Part shown: in pieces, positions 49,507 through 63,900 of the stretch
How positions within the stretch are numbered: position 1 is the first letter of the stretch
Layout: every line of letters begins with the position of its first letter
Program-made: the position numbers and the translations under genes
The notes under the pieces: generated by a model
The model's database searches: none
Seen by the model: the letters and a program-made list of their open reading frames with translations, nothing else
Told to the model about the DNA's origin: nothing
Origin: Phoronis australis
Lineage: Eukaryota > Animalia > Phoronida
Assembly (NCBI GenBank): GCA_002633005.1
Contig: NMRA01000251.1
Span: 249,997-313,996 of the forward strand
Direction of reading: 5' to 3'
Length of the DNA: 64,000 nt

Positions 49507-51075
49507 CTATCTAGAAAAATGTGTAATCGAGAGGGGGTAATAAACGATTACAAACCAAATTTAAAGACACATTTTTGATATTTATCTATATTGTAATAAT
49601 ATATTTCAGTTTGGGACATAGTGGGAAAATCCCCTTTTAAATGGGAAGCACTTTCTCGACACTCTATACTCACGGTGTCGCAAAATTAAGTAAACTCACC
49701 CAAAGTGTTTGTCACGCGTTCAACGTAAGCAGAATAAGGAATAAATTGTGGAATTCTTTTTCAATAATTCAAGGCTTGCGAAATTCTGCTGTGCATTAAA
49801 ATGTTTCAAAAATTGAAAATGGCATTTTGCTTCAAAATATGATGATGGCTAATACGAGGTTGTTATCCCGTTTTTAGGTCCGAAAACCAACATAGAGATT
49901 GAGTGTGAAAGTCAATAATTGTTTTTGTTGTATGATCATATCCGCTAAGTAAATGCTGTAAGGAACCAAATTGTCCGTTGTACGTCGCTTCGTCAGTCAC
50001 CAACCGATGGAACCATATTGTCCATTGGATGTCGCTTCTTCAGTCACCAACCGATTCTTACTGATTTTTTCTTAGGAAACGTATCACGTTTTTGATGCCA
50101 AACAGTCGACGAACCATATCTTCTTTAAACTCTATGCATGGTTGACACTCCATTGTAAAAACGAGACTTGAACAGCAAATCATGGACCGCCATTGTCCAG
50201 ATCAGCCACTTAAGTTGAGTTACAATACCTAACAGAGATAACAGATCAAGGAATTGTGATTGTATTCATGTATTTCTATGATCTTCAATAAAGTATCAGA
50301 GTAAAAATGCACGCTTGTAGTCAGTTATTGAAATGCAGAGACGGGTGTCGGAGATGGGAATTGATATCTCTGAGTCACTGCATCCATTTCTATAGAACTA
50401 GAATTTGCCTCCTTTGTAACCATTGTAGAAAAGTCTTTACATTTACATTGACATTGTTGCGTAACGTGAAGGAAAACAACACCTCTACTTCCCTTCATTG
50501 TGCAGCAAGAATTTTGGAGTTGTCTCCCGTGTCACTTTTGCTAAATTTAAAGTAAGGTAGAGAAACTGAATTTATAGAAATTTTGCCTCAGCAAAGCTGT
50601 CACTGGCTCTTGCGTGCTTGTTTACGTCGCTTTGTTGATTCAGGAGATACCCAATACAACTCCATTGGCGAACGTAATTTCTTCAAGTATTTTTATAACC
50701 GAGAGAGCGCCTTGAGTGCTGTTTCGGAAACACTGATTTATTTGAACTAACGAAAATGTGAAAATTGCAGCTATTACTTCCATCTTTCCTGTCATAGTTA
50801 TTTTTCCTGGGTGCGTTCATGACAAACCCACCAGTAGACTGGTCTTAACTAAACCATTTCAATTTGAACATTTCATCTTTGCCTCCTGAACGAAAATTGG
50901 ATGAGTTTTAAGAAAAAAAAATGATTTTAAGAACAGTGTTTTGGTGTATTGCAAAATTTTTTGTCAGTTCTTTATTTTCGACCAGAACCCACCAGTTTCA
51001 TTCTATTATCGTGATCAATCGTCGGATCAGATACCACAGTTTCTAATCATAAATCTACAAACGTGTCAAACTTAC

Positions 51076-51223
51076 CGCCAACATTGTCTTGTGTTCCCGG
51101 TAGGTCTACCTCACTTCGTATGATGACGTACATCGTAACTGTGGCGACGGAAGCCAATAATACAAGAAAGACAAACTTCACTTCTGCAACCGCGATTGTC
51201 CTTTGTTGATTCAACTTTGTCAT
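51076..51223 (-). CDS. Probable fucosyltransferase exon 1 (type II membrane anchor)
   Basis: MTKLNQQRTIAVAEVKFVFLVLLASVATVTMYVIIRSEVDLPG...|gtaagt: short tail then a hydrophobic helix. The phase match to the catalytic exon is unresolved. Confidence 0.7.
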
Positions 51224-52049
51224 GATGTCCTCGGTGCTCTTTTATTCAAAGGTGGAGCCAGCCGCAAGCTTAACGGATGAACCTAAACGAAAACATTTTT
51301 TATAATTTTGTGGTGAAATCCAAACTTAAAATCTGCTCAAAACCCCATTTACCAGATTCTAATTTTCGAGCTCAATTTCAAAGTTTAAGTTATTTTTAAC
51401 ACTTTAATGTACTTAAAGAAATAATCCTTTCTGTCCACAAATTTCATTTTTTGTCTATTCATGTGTACTTTCAATATTAAATGACTTGTCTTTATAGTTA
51501 ACTATCACTTTGATGTACACAAGTTGAGTGAAGTACAGTATAGTGTACTTGTACAACACCCAATATGGCCGTCCCTCATTCAGCAAAACCCATGCTATGA
51601 TAAGGAAGCCACCTTATTATTTTGATCAGTTTACCGATGTAATAAAAGTGTGCTCAATTTGCTCTTTACTCGGATGAGCAGTGATTTCAGGGTAACCAAA
51701 GATCAGGTGTAGTTCGTTATTCAAAGAGAGCAAATTTCGAGTATACACTGCCACACAGTTTTGTAGAGTCTGATATCAAGCAATGACGTAATATTAGATC
51801 GTTTGAAGCATGGACATCATCCCTAATGAGACTAAAAACAGTTCAAAATCAAATTCCGTGTTCTTAAGGAGATAATCGGTGAAAATAATGTTCAAAAAGG
51901 GTTTCAGTTTTTAAATTCCTGGGGACCTTGAGCGAAAAAAAACAGACCGACCCAATAAGAAATGTGGACACCCTGCCAATGTGCATCATGAAGACCATGC
52001 ATGAAGACACTGACCTTCCCAATAAATGGCAGCAGCTCAAGCACTATTT

Positions 52050-53130
52050 AACGCTTGGTGATAACTTTCAGTGAAGTACGCGTGTGTGTAAAGTTCAATC
52101 TCTCATGGGGCAGAAATTCATTTATCGCCCTTGGTATCAACTTTCTTGTTTACTTAACAGAAATGTTAGATGATAATTACCATGATCAAATTCAAGAAGA
52201 TAAGTTTACTTTAACAAATTGGTCCAAAAGGTCTCTAACGCCTCTTGACAAAATAAGCATTATTAAATCATTTACTCTTACAACTTTGCCTCCACCGTCA
52301 GACGACACAGTTGAATTGCTAGACAAACATAGTTTTTTGGCAAAATATACCTCCATGGTTCTAGCTTTTTCGTTGGGAGGGAACAAATTGGTGCCCTCGG
52401 AGCCATTCGTTACACCACTTGAAATTTCATATTTAGAATATTAACATTAAGTAGTGATAGATCGTGGAAGAAATTTAAACAAGGCGGTTAAAAAATAATT
52501 GCAGGCGGTCTGATATACGTTTTACCAGACGTGCGCAAGCCCATTGCACTGATTACCTGGAACCAGTTTTATGTTTTATTATTAATATATAATTAAATCT
52601 GAGCTGGAGAGCTAGAAACCGGACTGAAGTGTTTAGCAGTGTGACCCACTGGCACTTCGAGCAAAGAAGGCGGGTACCTCTCACACTAGGCCACACTGCC
52701 TCCTCTAACAAAACGGTTACTTCCATGTAACTCGTTTCGTTTTGGCTGCAGTTTTGGGAAGACATTTTTGAAACTTTGGACACTTGATCGGTACGCAAAA
52801 ACATTAACAACACTTATAAGTATATACTTGTTTATACAAAAAACTTACAAAGTAAGTTGGAAGATTGTGAGTTAGATTTTAAGGGCAATTTGGTGTCTTA
52901 CAATTACTTTAGTGAGCACTATGGGCTCTCCACCATTCACACTATTCGTGGATATGAGGTGTGTTGTTCATAAATTACTTCTGTGGATTTTTCAACAATT
53001 AGTTTTCCCCACCATACAGAGTTTATAACAAATTTATATACACGTACACAAAAGTGGTAACAACCCTTACATGTCTGCTACGTACTTGCTTAAACAAAAA
53101 AACAAATTTGCAAAGTAAGTTGGAATATTG
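52050..53130 (+). mobile_element. L1/Tx1-like LINE ORF2 fragments
   Basis: ALGINF...LTNWSKRSLTPLDKISIIKS, the typical post-RT region; similar to 56760-56900. Confidence 0.65.
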
Positions 53131-54199
53131 TCTTAATGTCTTAATGTACAGTAGCTGTACACATAGTTTGCTATACGAAATACATGTAGGCTTACAAACT
53201 CACCGACCTGTACATTTTGTGGGAAAGTAACTGTTAAGTTTTTTGGAGTGAGGGATCGTACAAAATTTGTTGATGTGACTAATCAATCGGGTACCATGGA
53301 AAACCTGGTCTGCTCTAAGGTTAATCTTGATAGATGTTATCATCGGGAAAGTGGGAGTCAGCCATGTATTTATTCTTATCAAATTTCTTAGTAACATGTC
53401 CAGCTATGAAACACGCTTGTGGGTTTCCACATTGCATTAGATAGGTAATAATATTCTAAACACATCCTCACTTCAGTAACGTCGTGGCTGAGAGCGCAAT
53501 TATTGAGGTTTTGGGACTTATCTTACCGAGAACGTGATTTTTCATCTTTATGTTTGTCACGTAGTGCAGGCGAGAGAAACTTTCGTTACTCGGAATCTCG
53601 TCATTTCCAAATCCTCCACACTGCATGTACAGGTAGTTAGCCGCACATAAAGACATTCATGTAAGAAGCGGGATTGGCCGGAGGGACCAGTGTCCCTGAA
53701 GATCTATACCGCCCCTATAAGCTGTGACGTACATTGTAGGAGCATGGGACCGGCCATGCACGTGCCTCCCTATAATTTGAAAGTGTGAAAGGGAAACCTT
53801 CGTAACAATCTACATGCACTATGGGCGAACTTTATAAGTCAAGAAAAATATAGCGATTTTTGAAAACATTATTCAACCACCGTTGGTGGATTTACCTAAG
53901 GAGCCCAAGAATTTTTAGGGGCCAATTGTTTTTAAGCAAGTTTTACAGTAAGCTTCATATGCGCTCAACGTATTCATATCAATAAATACTTCGAAAAAGG
54001 CCGAAGAAATTTATTATGTACAGTTTTCTTAAGTGAATTGAGTCAGGTGACACTTTTTTGTGTACTGCAAAGCTTATTATTTCTCACGATATCCCTCTCT
54101 GTCAATATATAATACAGCAATCGCTATATTATCCCCCTTAAGTGGTGTATCGTTTGATAGAAATTCCAGCTCTTGGAGATTTCGCTATTGCCGTAAACG

Positions 54200-57100
54200 G
54201 CTATCTTGTTTTTTCTTGTACCATTTTGTTTTTCCTGTCTAATTTTTATTAGCGTCTACTCACGAATCAGGTCACGATGAAGGAATCTGTTACATTTCAT
54301 TTAGGTTTTTTGAAATGGTACAACTGTTTACATTAACTAAGGGTACAAGAAGGGTGATGGAATCAACTGCCACTCTTTTCCAAAAAAATTAAATGATATA
54401 ACTTTTCATTTTACTGTACATGGGTATCATACATTTCAAGTATAGAATCCTTTTCTCAGGGACAATATTTTGGAAGTGCATGCCGGGTTATCGTCTATTC
54501 CCTATTCATCAGTTTTTTACAAGGAAGGTACTTCAAATTTCTGACACGAGGACCGGGTTTGTGGCTGTTAAATAATAGCTTACGTATTGAAAACAATACA
54601 TCAATGGATAAAAGCACATATTGCTGATAACTGCATATCACTGCATGACGGAGAATCAAGATGATAAAAACCTGTCTTGGGATATTTTAAAATTGAAAAT
54701 TAGACGCAAATCAATACAAATTTCTTCCACATATAGTTTAATTGACCCGGGGCGTCTTGCTCATCTTATTGCGAAGCAATTTACTTAGAAGAGGGTGAAT
54801 CCACTTAAATAGGCGCGATTGAATTCCTTTCTTGTTTCACAACAATTGAGTAATTTATTGGAATCATCCAGAACTGATCTTGGATACAGGATTGACCACT
54901 TCGGTATTAGCCTTTCTTTTCGTATTACACTATTCTCCAGAGATCGGAGGCTTTGCGTTTCAACAATTCCCTTCTCCAGGACAGTAATTACGTTATTTTA
55001 GTTAAAACTGTGACGGATCAAAGTCGCATACGCGGCGAATAGACTAACATGCACAACAACAAAACACCAAGACCAGCAAACCATAACACGAGGCTCTTGT
55101 GACACAAGTACAATTGCTTTATCCATAGGCAAAGTCTTATAAATATGTACAGGTAAGCGTTGGCCTACCTGAATAGATGAGTCCTAACACAAGGACCAGG
55201 TTAAGTTACACAAATGAAGGGTGAGTAGTGTTGAAGAAAAACTATTATACGAGAAGTTTCCAGCGACCATACGACAGTTCCCTATGATAGATAATCTATA
55301 TCTTAATTTACTCAAATTGAATTAAAATTTATGACTCATTGTTTTTGAGGTCTTGCTGATGAAAATAGGAGATCAAATTACATATATTCACTTTTGTAAA
55401 CGAAAATTTACTGAAAGTAAGAATTTTATCAAGAATTTAGAAGGCAAAATAGCTTTATTATTTACTGCGTCACAACCGGACCAATCCCCAATGCTAGACG
55501 AAAAAAATCACGAAATAGAAGATTATAGGGAAAAACAACTAAAAGGACATATTATACGTTCTCGAGCAAGACGGAAATGCCATGGTGCGAAACCATTTAG
55601 ATACTTCTCCAAAAGTGAAATTATGTTAATAAAAATGTTACTAAACTATATACTTGGCAAGGCAATTTCATTTAAAATGAAAAGGATTTGCTTGCCGAAA
55701 GACATAATTTTTATTAATTGATGTATAACTGAACAAATGACTTTACAAAGTTTGACTTTGATTTTGTCGCTATAATTACAAAAATGATAATTGTGCAATT
55801 AAAAAATGATTTTAGTCTCTCTATCAACAAAGCTCAAAATTTCTTAAAAATATGAAAAATTTCAAAACGACTCACCCTTAGGGTTTGTCAACAGAGTTCT
55901 ATAAATTCTAGGCGGATTTATATGTCGTTTCAGTGCGACCTTTCGATAACAGTTATGATCATGGTGATTTACCTCACAATGAGAATCAAGGAGCGATAGC
56001 TGTTACACCGGTACGACATAAGCGTGAAGAATTCCTCGGTAGCTGGCGAACAACCTCACCGCTCAATAACAAATCCTGTCTGCCTGCATTGCCCAACGCA
56101 TTAGATCAGCTATCAGTTATTTAATCCATTGTAGTCAGACGGGTTTTATAAAATGTAGGTTCATTGGCGAAAACATGAGAACTACTTACATATATGGTTT
56201 GATTCAATTTACCGAGGAAAAAAACATTACGGTACTCCTTGTTTCAGTCGTGTTAGAAAGAACATTCGACTCTTTTTGTTGGAAATTTATATATGAAACA
56301 TTAAGCTTTTTCATTTTTGGTTCAGACGTCATCAAATAGGTCCATCTTTTAAACAATGTACCTACATGTAAATTATGCGTTATTCAGCATGGTTATAATT
56401 CGATTCATTGCTAGATTGGCCACGGTTTCCGGCAAATAGACCCTATTTCTCTGTATTTAGTTATCTTATGTGCCGAAATAATGGTTATAATATTTCGGCA
56501 AAACGATAATATAAAAGCATTGAATGTTGGTCAGCTAGAATTGAAAATTATTCAATAAGCAGACGACACAGTTCTTTGATTGGATGGTTCCAATGAATCG
56601 TTGAGGAACTCTCTCGGTCTTTTAGACCAGTTGAAAAATACCCGGGTTTAAAACCTATCCAAGACAAGTCCTATTGCATCTGGTTGCATCCACTTGACTC
56701 GACAACGGACGTTTGTGTGAAGATAGGAATACAGAAACTTTTTATTGCACGTGTGCAATGACTAATCTTGGGATTAAGTTCCATATCAATTTATCAAATA
56801 TGATTTATTTAAATTACATTAAAAAAATGTGGAGATTCCTAGTGTTTTAACAACTTGGTCAAAGAGGTCGTGAAACCCTCTAGGACATATTACTGTACAT
56901 CTTGCTCTTGGTAATTTGAAGGTCAGTTCATCTTCTCTATGCTCTCCCGACATCGCCGGATGTAATCATTGACCTACTAGAGAGATTATTTTACGGGAAA
57001 TGAACCAGACATAATTAAATTGATTAATTTTATTCAAGATTATTTACTTGGCAGTTGTCGGATGGTTCATTAGAGATCCTTTATCAAATCTCTTAAAATA

Positions 57101-58110
57101 ACTTGGTTTAATAGATTATTACTAAGTGATGATATTGCCGTAAAAAGTTATTCTGACGACAAATTACATATTTAAAGTATGTTTTCTTATTTTTACCGAA
57201 GTTTATCCAAGCAAACAAAAAATTGTTCTCCGTATTGTTAGACCCACTAAAGATATATCAGGTACTTTTGAGATTACTAAACATTTGATTTACTACGAAT
57301 CTCTTTGGTTTAATCCAAAACTATAATCGATTACAAACAATGTTTTATAAAAATGGCATAGAAGGAACATAACGTGTATTTATGATCACTTCGATTGCAA
57401 TGGTGATGAGATGACCAATGACGAGTTTCGCTCCTCCTACGATTTTTCAACTTCGTTCACAGTTTTCCTAGGTGATCGATATGTTGTCAGGAATCTGTCA
57501 ACAAGTCATTCCTGTTTAGTTGCATTTCAAGTTATTCGTCCTTCACGTTCTGATTTTGCTGTGATTGTTGTTAATTGTAATAATGTAAGCAACCATGTAC
57601 TTTTTAAGAAAACCTGTGTATGTAATTAAATGGGAACGTTATTCAAATATTGCACAGGCACAAGAATGGTGGCGTAGTTGTAATACATGTATACTGGCGG
57701 TCAATTTTACTACGAGGTGGTTTCAGATATGATTTCTTCACAGACATTGTAGTACTAATCTCTTTTTACTGAATATCGGCGTCACAAATTCACCATTGTG
57801 AACTTTTTGCAATAATGAGTCTGAAGATCTCGTTCACTTGTATTGGTCTTGAACAATGGTTCAAAATGTTTCGGTGGCTCTAAATAACTGCATCCTATCA
57901 ACAACTCGCGAATCCCTCGAACTGGACTTACATTACGTTTTGTTTGGCTGGCACGGTACGGAACTTATTTATTATTTGGTTGTATGTTTGTTCAAGTGTC
58001 ATATTTATTCAGTGAGATTTAACTCTAGTGCTTCATGTGTGCAGCTACTCAAAATAGAACACTCTAAATATCACAGGCTTGAAAAAGTAATTTTCTATTG
58101 ATTGTCAATT
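54200..58110 (+). mobile_element. Degenerate L1/Tx1 LINE ORF2 (EN, RT, zinc finger), interrupted by an insertion at ~54735-55385
   Basis: WDILKLKIR, KGHIIRSRAR, GFIKCRFIGENMR (~56142), GFRQIDPISLYLVILCAEI (~56424), IQ*ADDT (~56550), FCNNESEDLVHLYW (~57805). Confidence 0.88.
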
Positions 58111-58449
58111 TGGCCTATTTGATGAAAGATGGATCATATGATTTGTTAAATTTTCGTCTTCGATATTATTCTGATTTCGGGTGTGCGAGTGATGTACATG
58201 CATGCGTGCGTGTATGTTTTTTATACTTTTTATACTGCGAAATAATTTTTTTCACTAAATATATTACGAAAATCAATACAGATTTCAAAACGTGTAATAT
58301 CTAGAAATAGACATCAGTGAAAGTAAATACAGATGATTTAAATATTTGGAAAACTGGAGACCCATTTTGTTCTTGAATTATTACTACACATTAAATAAAA
58401 AGGTTACTACCACCAGACCAAATTACTATATTAATTATAAGTTTATTCT

Positions 58450-61400
58450 TCCAGTGTGCCTTACCAGCTTTGGGAAAGAAAAAAATGCTTCATCATGTCA
58501 CTTTGTCGCCTTGCTTTGTAACAAATGGTGGCCAGTACGGAAGAAACCAGTCGTCCATGCGAATGTAAACTCAGTAACGACTGCTCAAATACCAGTGACA
58601 ATGGACAGGCATAATATCCTGGCTGGGTTCTCGATTGATGTTACAGAGCGTTATTAAGGGTAAAGACCAACAAGCCTTTTCTGTTCTCACAGTTGACGAG
58701 GCAAGTGAGTATGGTATTGTTAAGAAAGACATTTTTAAGGCCCATTAACCAGAGCTTAAAGCGTATATACAAAAGTTAAGACATTATAAGGAAGATGAAA
58801 AACAATCCTATGCTGACTTTTTTCATGAAAAAAGGTTTTCTTTGAGAGATGGTGCTCCTTTATAGGCGTCTCTAAACATTGCGATAGGCTTAAATGGTTT
58901 TTTGTCGAGGATTTCAAATCGTGAATCCGTGATGATTTGAAAACGTATTCCGACGAAAGAAATGTTAGGTAACTGCCCGAAGCAGATAACTTAGCTGTTG
59001 AATTTACTTTGGTTCACAAGACTAAAATATTGGTAGCCAGATGTGAATATCAACCAGTCATCGCAGAAGCCAGTGTGTTAGAATTTTATTAAAGGACACT
59101 TTAAGGCAGATTGTCATCATTTGAAAAAGAAGGGTGACGGTGCTACATGTTTCTTCTCAAAGAAGACAAGCCATACATGTACAACACCAGAATGTGCTTG
59201 TTTGAAGAAAGGCGGAGTCTGCAGTTTTTGTTAAGAATAAAGGGGAAATGCCTGACGTGGGAAAAGGCTCACTTTATAAAAAGGCATAAATTGTATAGGA
59301 CGAATTTCTTCCATCCATTGGGGAGAGGGTCGTGTCGTTTTCTAAATACACCTATTTTGTATCTCTAAAAAAAAATTATGCAACTTTGGTGCCTCTCAGT
59401 CCATTATGTTGAGTATCTTGGGAAATTAGTGATGTATCTGTCACTGGAGAAGTAAACCTCATACAAGCATTGACGAGGTACATGTCCTTGTACTATTACA
59501 TAAGGTACATTTAAAATCTGAACTAGTTTCCAGATTGGTTACAGTGCGTGCAAAATCAGGTTTGCCGTGAAAAGGGCGTCACTGAAATGACCTTGTTGGT
59601 GGATAGGTACATGAAATACCGGTTGCGCAATTGACTAGCAGCCTAGTACTGAGGAGGTAAGTGTTAATCCATCCTTCGCAATAACAAGCGTAGTGACTAG
59701 AACACACGATGCCTTATAGGTTTTAGACAATTATGGTTTCCCATGTGTAGAAAGGCAAACCTTCAGTTTAATAATTTATCAGAAACATGTCTGTGTTCTT
59801 TGATGATGTTGCTAGTCATTTGATGTTTCCCAGCAATCTGAGGAATTGTCTTTTTTGATGACCAGTTGATCAAAAGTCAGTTGTCAGATCGTGATTTGAT
59901 AAACTTGCAGGACAAGGTTCTGTCTGATGCGGAAGTAATCAAAGTATCCGATAGGTATACGTACTTCGTGAATGATTACGTGCTTATGAGGAAGTGGAGA
60001 ACACTTGGTATCGGTGCCACTGATGAACTGACAGTTGTCCATCCAATTGTTATACCGAAATCATTGAGGCATAAAATCATCTCCCTGGTCCATAGTTTGC
60101 CACTAGGTGGTCATTTGGGTGTGAACAAGACATTTCAGATTACAAATCATGTCTTCTGGCAAAGAATTAGAAAGGATGTGGTCGATTTTTTTATGCTTGC
60201 CAAGGATGTCAAATGGTAGGCAAACCCAATTCTGTGAGGCCTGTGGCCCTTTTGACGCCAATACCTGCATTCTGCGAAACTTTTTCAAGGCTAACCATTA
60301 ATTGTGTGGGCCCTTTGCAAAAACAAAATCTGGAAATCAGTACGTGTTTACACTTATGTGCGTAGTCACGAGGTTCCCTGGAGCCATTCCCCTTAGCAAT
60401 ATTAAAGCATCCATTGTTGTGAGAGCTTTGATTAAGTTCTTTATATCGTTTGGTTTGCAGTCTTACCAGGGCAGTAAACTCATGTGGGGACTGTTTCAAC
60501 TGGTCATTTACATGTATGGTTTGGAAAAAAACTAAATTGAGTCTCTAATGGTCCCTGAATCACATGTAGCTTTAGAGAGATTGCACGCCACTCTTAAGAC
60601 ATAATGAGAACATACTGCTTTGGCAATGACAAGGCTTTGATGAAGGAGACGATTTGCTGTTGTTTGCTGTTAGGAAATCTGTGCAGGAGTATTTGGGGTT
60701 CAGTCCTTTCGAGTTGATAATCTGGCACAGCGTACATGTACTTGGCCCTCTAACCCTGCTGAATGAACAATGGGTTGGCGATGATCCAAAGCTGAATCTA
60801 TTAGCTTAGGCTCAGAATTTCAGAGATGGGCTGAGTAAAGCCTGTGAGTTAGCTTGGCCGAATTGCAGTCTAAGAAAATTAAGACTCCGTATGCAAAAAA
60901 TGCGAGGACTACGGTAATCTAACCTGGTGATGACGTTCAAGTGATATTTTCGGTCTAGTTAAACCCTCTCTAAGCTAGGTGCCATGCTTGTGCCAAATGT
61001 TGATGACCTCAGTTATGTGGAGGAGACTCCTGATTGGGGGAAATCCAATCAGCCTTGTCATGTTAACATATTGAGACATATCAAGGCAGCAAGTTACAAG
61101 TAAAATCCGTTGTCGTTGTAGTAAATGAAGTTCAGGAATGCTATTGCACCAACGACTTTATCGAATTCTAAAATTGTACAATATGTGGATTTAAAAATGG
61201 TTAGGTCATTTGGAGCCTGATCAGAGACAAGAGATGAAAGAATTGATACTTAAGTACAAAGGTTTGTTCCCTGGTGTTCCAAAGGGAAATGCTATTGCAT
61301 CTAACGGTGCAGATACTGGTGATGCTAAACCAATTAAAAAGATGCATACAGACTGAATCCACAGAGGCGTGAGCTAGTTGAGAAAGAAATGATAAATATG

Positions 61401-61720
61401 ATTGGAAATGACATGACTCAATCATCTCAGTCAATGTGGAGTACACATTATGTTGTTGTTCCAAAAGTTATCTGTATTATCAGATTCTGGACAGACTATG
61501 GAATGGTCAATGCTATGTCTAAGACTGATGATTATCCCATTTCAGGAGAGGGGTGATTGTATCGATAAGGTTGGAAAAACATAGTATGCTACCAAAAATG
61601 GATTCATTAATGTATTATCGGTGTTTGGAGCAAGAGGAATTTCTATTTTTAACGCCATCTTCTTTGTACTGATTGAAAAGAATTTCTTACATTCGGGAAT
61701 GATGAATACCCCAGCTACGG
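58450..61720 (+). mobile_element. Degenerate Gmr1-type Gypsy LTR retrotransposon (integrase upstream of RT)
   Basis: Integrase HSLPLGGHLGVNKT (~60091), CVGPFAKTKSGNQY (~60303), ALERLHATLK (~60570), GFSPFEL; then RT N-terminus DTGDAKPIK (~61312), DYGMVNAMSKTDDYPI (~61494), DCIDKVG. Confidence 0.85.
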
Positions 61721-61959
61721 TTTTGAGAAAGATCTACCAATTTTTTCAACCACTAGCTGATACTGATGCTTCCACTGATGGCTCAACGACAAAAGGACAC
61801 ACGCCAAATTTGGCTAGCCACACAAACTGCATTGTCTAATTCTTCATACACTTTTATTCACCCGCACAACATTTCCTCCGTGGTATTTGGACATGTCATT
61901 AAATATTTGATAAAAGCCGATAAATCCAACACCTGTTTTTTAACATTCATGGGATAACG

Positions 61960-62330
61960 GGGCTTTCCAAATAGCACCATAATATCTTGTGAAAATCCGT
62001 TACCAATAACACAAGATTTTGAGCTTAATAAGAGCGGCCGTTTATCAGAAAAGAAGAAAATGACACGAAAAGCTTTCACGGTATAAGAACTTAAAGGCCT
62101 TCCGCGCCATTTGTCGTCCGATTTGATATAGGGCCACTATTACTAGGCTCAAAAGCTGTAAAAATTCATTAACAATAACACAAGATTCCGAGGTTAATAA
62201 GAGCGGCAATTTATCAATAATAACGAAAATGACGTGGAAATCTTCCACGGTGGTATAAGAATGTCTTCCGCGCAATTTTTTGTCCTATTTGATACAGGGC
62301 CAGTGCTACTAGGCTCAAAGCTAACGTTTC
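61960..62330. repeat. ~170-bp diverged tandem repeat
   Basis: caataacacaagatt..gag.ttaataagagcggc..tttatca...aaaatgac and tactaggctcaaa each occur twice. Confidence 0.75.
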
Positions 62331-62879
62331 AGTAATGGCATTTGACCGGATATTAAAGCGCTTTATCAGTTTCCACACTGTCTTGTTAATGCCGGTCTCG
62401 GTCAGGTTATTTTTAAATACACGCACTTCCCATTTTGAAAATGAACTTCATGCTTCCATCGACTGTTTTAAAATTCCAGTTCGTTTGCGATGACGATATC
62501 GGAAGCAAAATGAAAATGTTAAATCAAATCAATTTTGACAGCGATGTCATGACCTGTTTATTTACCTAAAAATATTCCAAGTTTCTATGTAATCCAGTTT
62601 CCCTAAATCATGAACCAATCATTAGTCTCGTTTTGCAAGCGATATAAAGCTACAAAGATAATCGTTATTCATAAAGAAAATGAAACCGACAGCGTTTAAC
62701 TTGTCCACCACATACCTTAACATATGGTGTCTGCAATTTTAAGTCTTAGAAAAGATGGATGATTATTGAGTTCTCAATTGTTTTTCCCAAAATTATCGTT
62801 CCTTAAAATGTAAGTAATCATTGTATAGAGCTCGATGCCATTGAATTGATGCTCAGTCTCTATATGCTTTGAAACGACG

Positions 62880-63900
62880 TCTTGAGCCAAATATTATCTC
62901 AATATTTATCGATCTCCCTACAGCGTTGATCAAATTCTCTCAAAAAATTTACAAGATTGATGGTTTTCTTGATCAGGAGTTCTATTTGTTTTAAATAAAT
63001 CAAAAATATCTATAAGTATTTTCTGTCTTGATACTGTTATCTCGTCCCCTGTTAATATCTCTACAGGTTTGCCACAGGTTTAACGGTTTCAGGACCCTCC
63101 CTGTTTTTAATTGATATTCAATACTGTGCCAGCAAGGAAGGTTTCATTTTGTACGCCGATGACAGAGTTCTCTTATTTCCATTGCCTCCGAGCCTCACTG
63201 AAAAAATCATCATTTTGAACAAAAACAGCAAGGCGTTTCAAGTGATTAAGTGCAGTTTAATAAATCATCGCTCAATGCAGGTACAATTAAAGACATTTTA
63301 TGTTAATTTGGGAAAATCAAATTAACAAAGAAATTATTGATATATGAAGAGGTGAAAATATGTTAATATGAATTTTAGGGATAAAAAGACTATTTATCTC
63401 TCATTTAAAATTGATGAAATATTCTGAAATTGAAACAGGGATTGCAAAGTCAAATATTGTAAATTTTGGAAGTGGTTGTATAAAGTAAAACTGAAGTACC
63501 CAATCCTTTATGCAAATTCTAAGTAACTGGTCATTTTTCATAAATAAACATCCCCATGAAGATGCCAATGATTTATTCGTGACAAAGAAAATCTATCAAG
63601 TCAGCTTGTGCTGGTATTCGTTTTATCAATGACCTACATGTACTTGATGAAAATATCGGGCTTTCCTCATTTACTGAACACATCTCGAACATACTTACAC
63701 ACTCTTTGCAATGTTGTTGTCTGATTGAGTCTATTAAGTCAATTTTGAGGACAACACCGTTACAAACGAAGTTAATTAATGGACGAATAATACCTTTTAA
63801 TATCCCCAAGTTTCTAAACTCCACGCCAATGTGTAAAAGGACATATGAAATAGTTTTCCACTTTAAAAGTTTGCCTATTGCAAAAAAACGATTTCAAGAA
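62880..63900 (+). mobile_element. Highly degenerate CR1/L2-type LINE RT fragment
   Basis: TGLPQ...GPSLFLI (~63062-63112) followed by FILYADD (~63142-63162). Confidence 0.65.
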
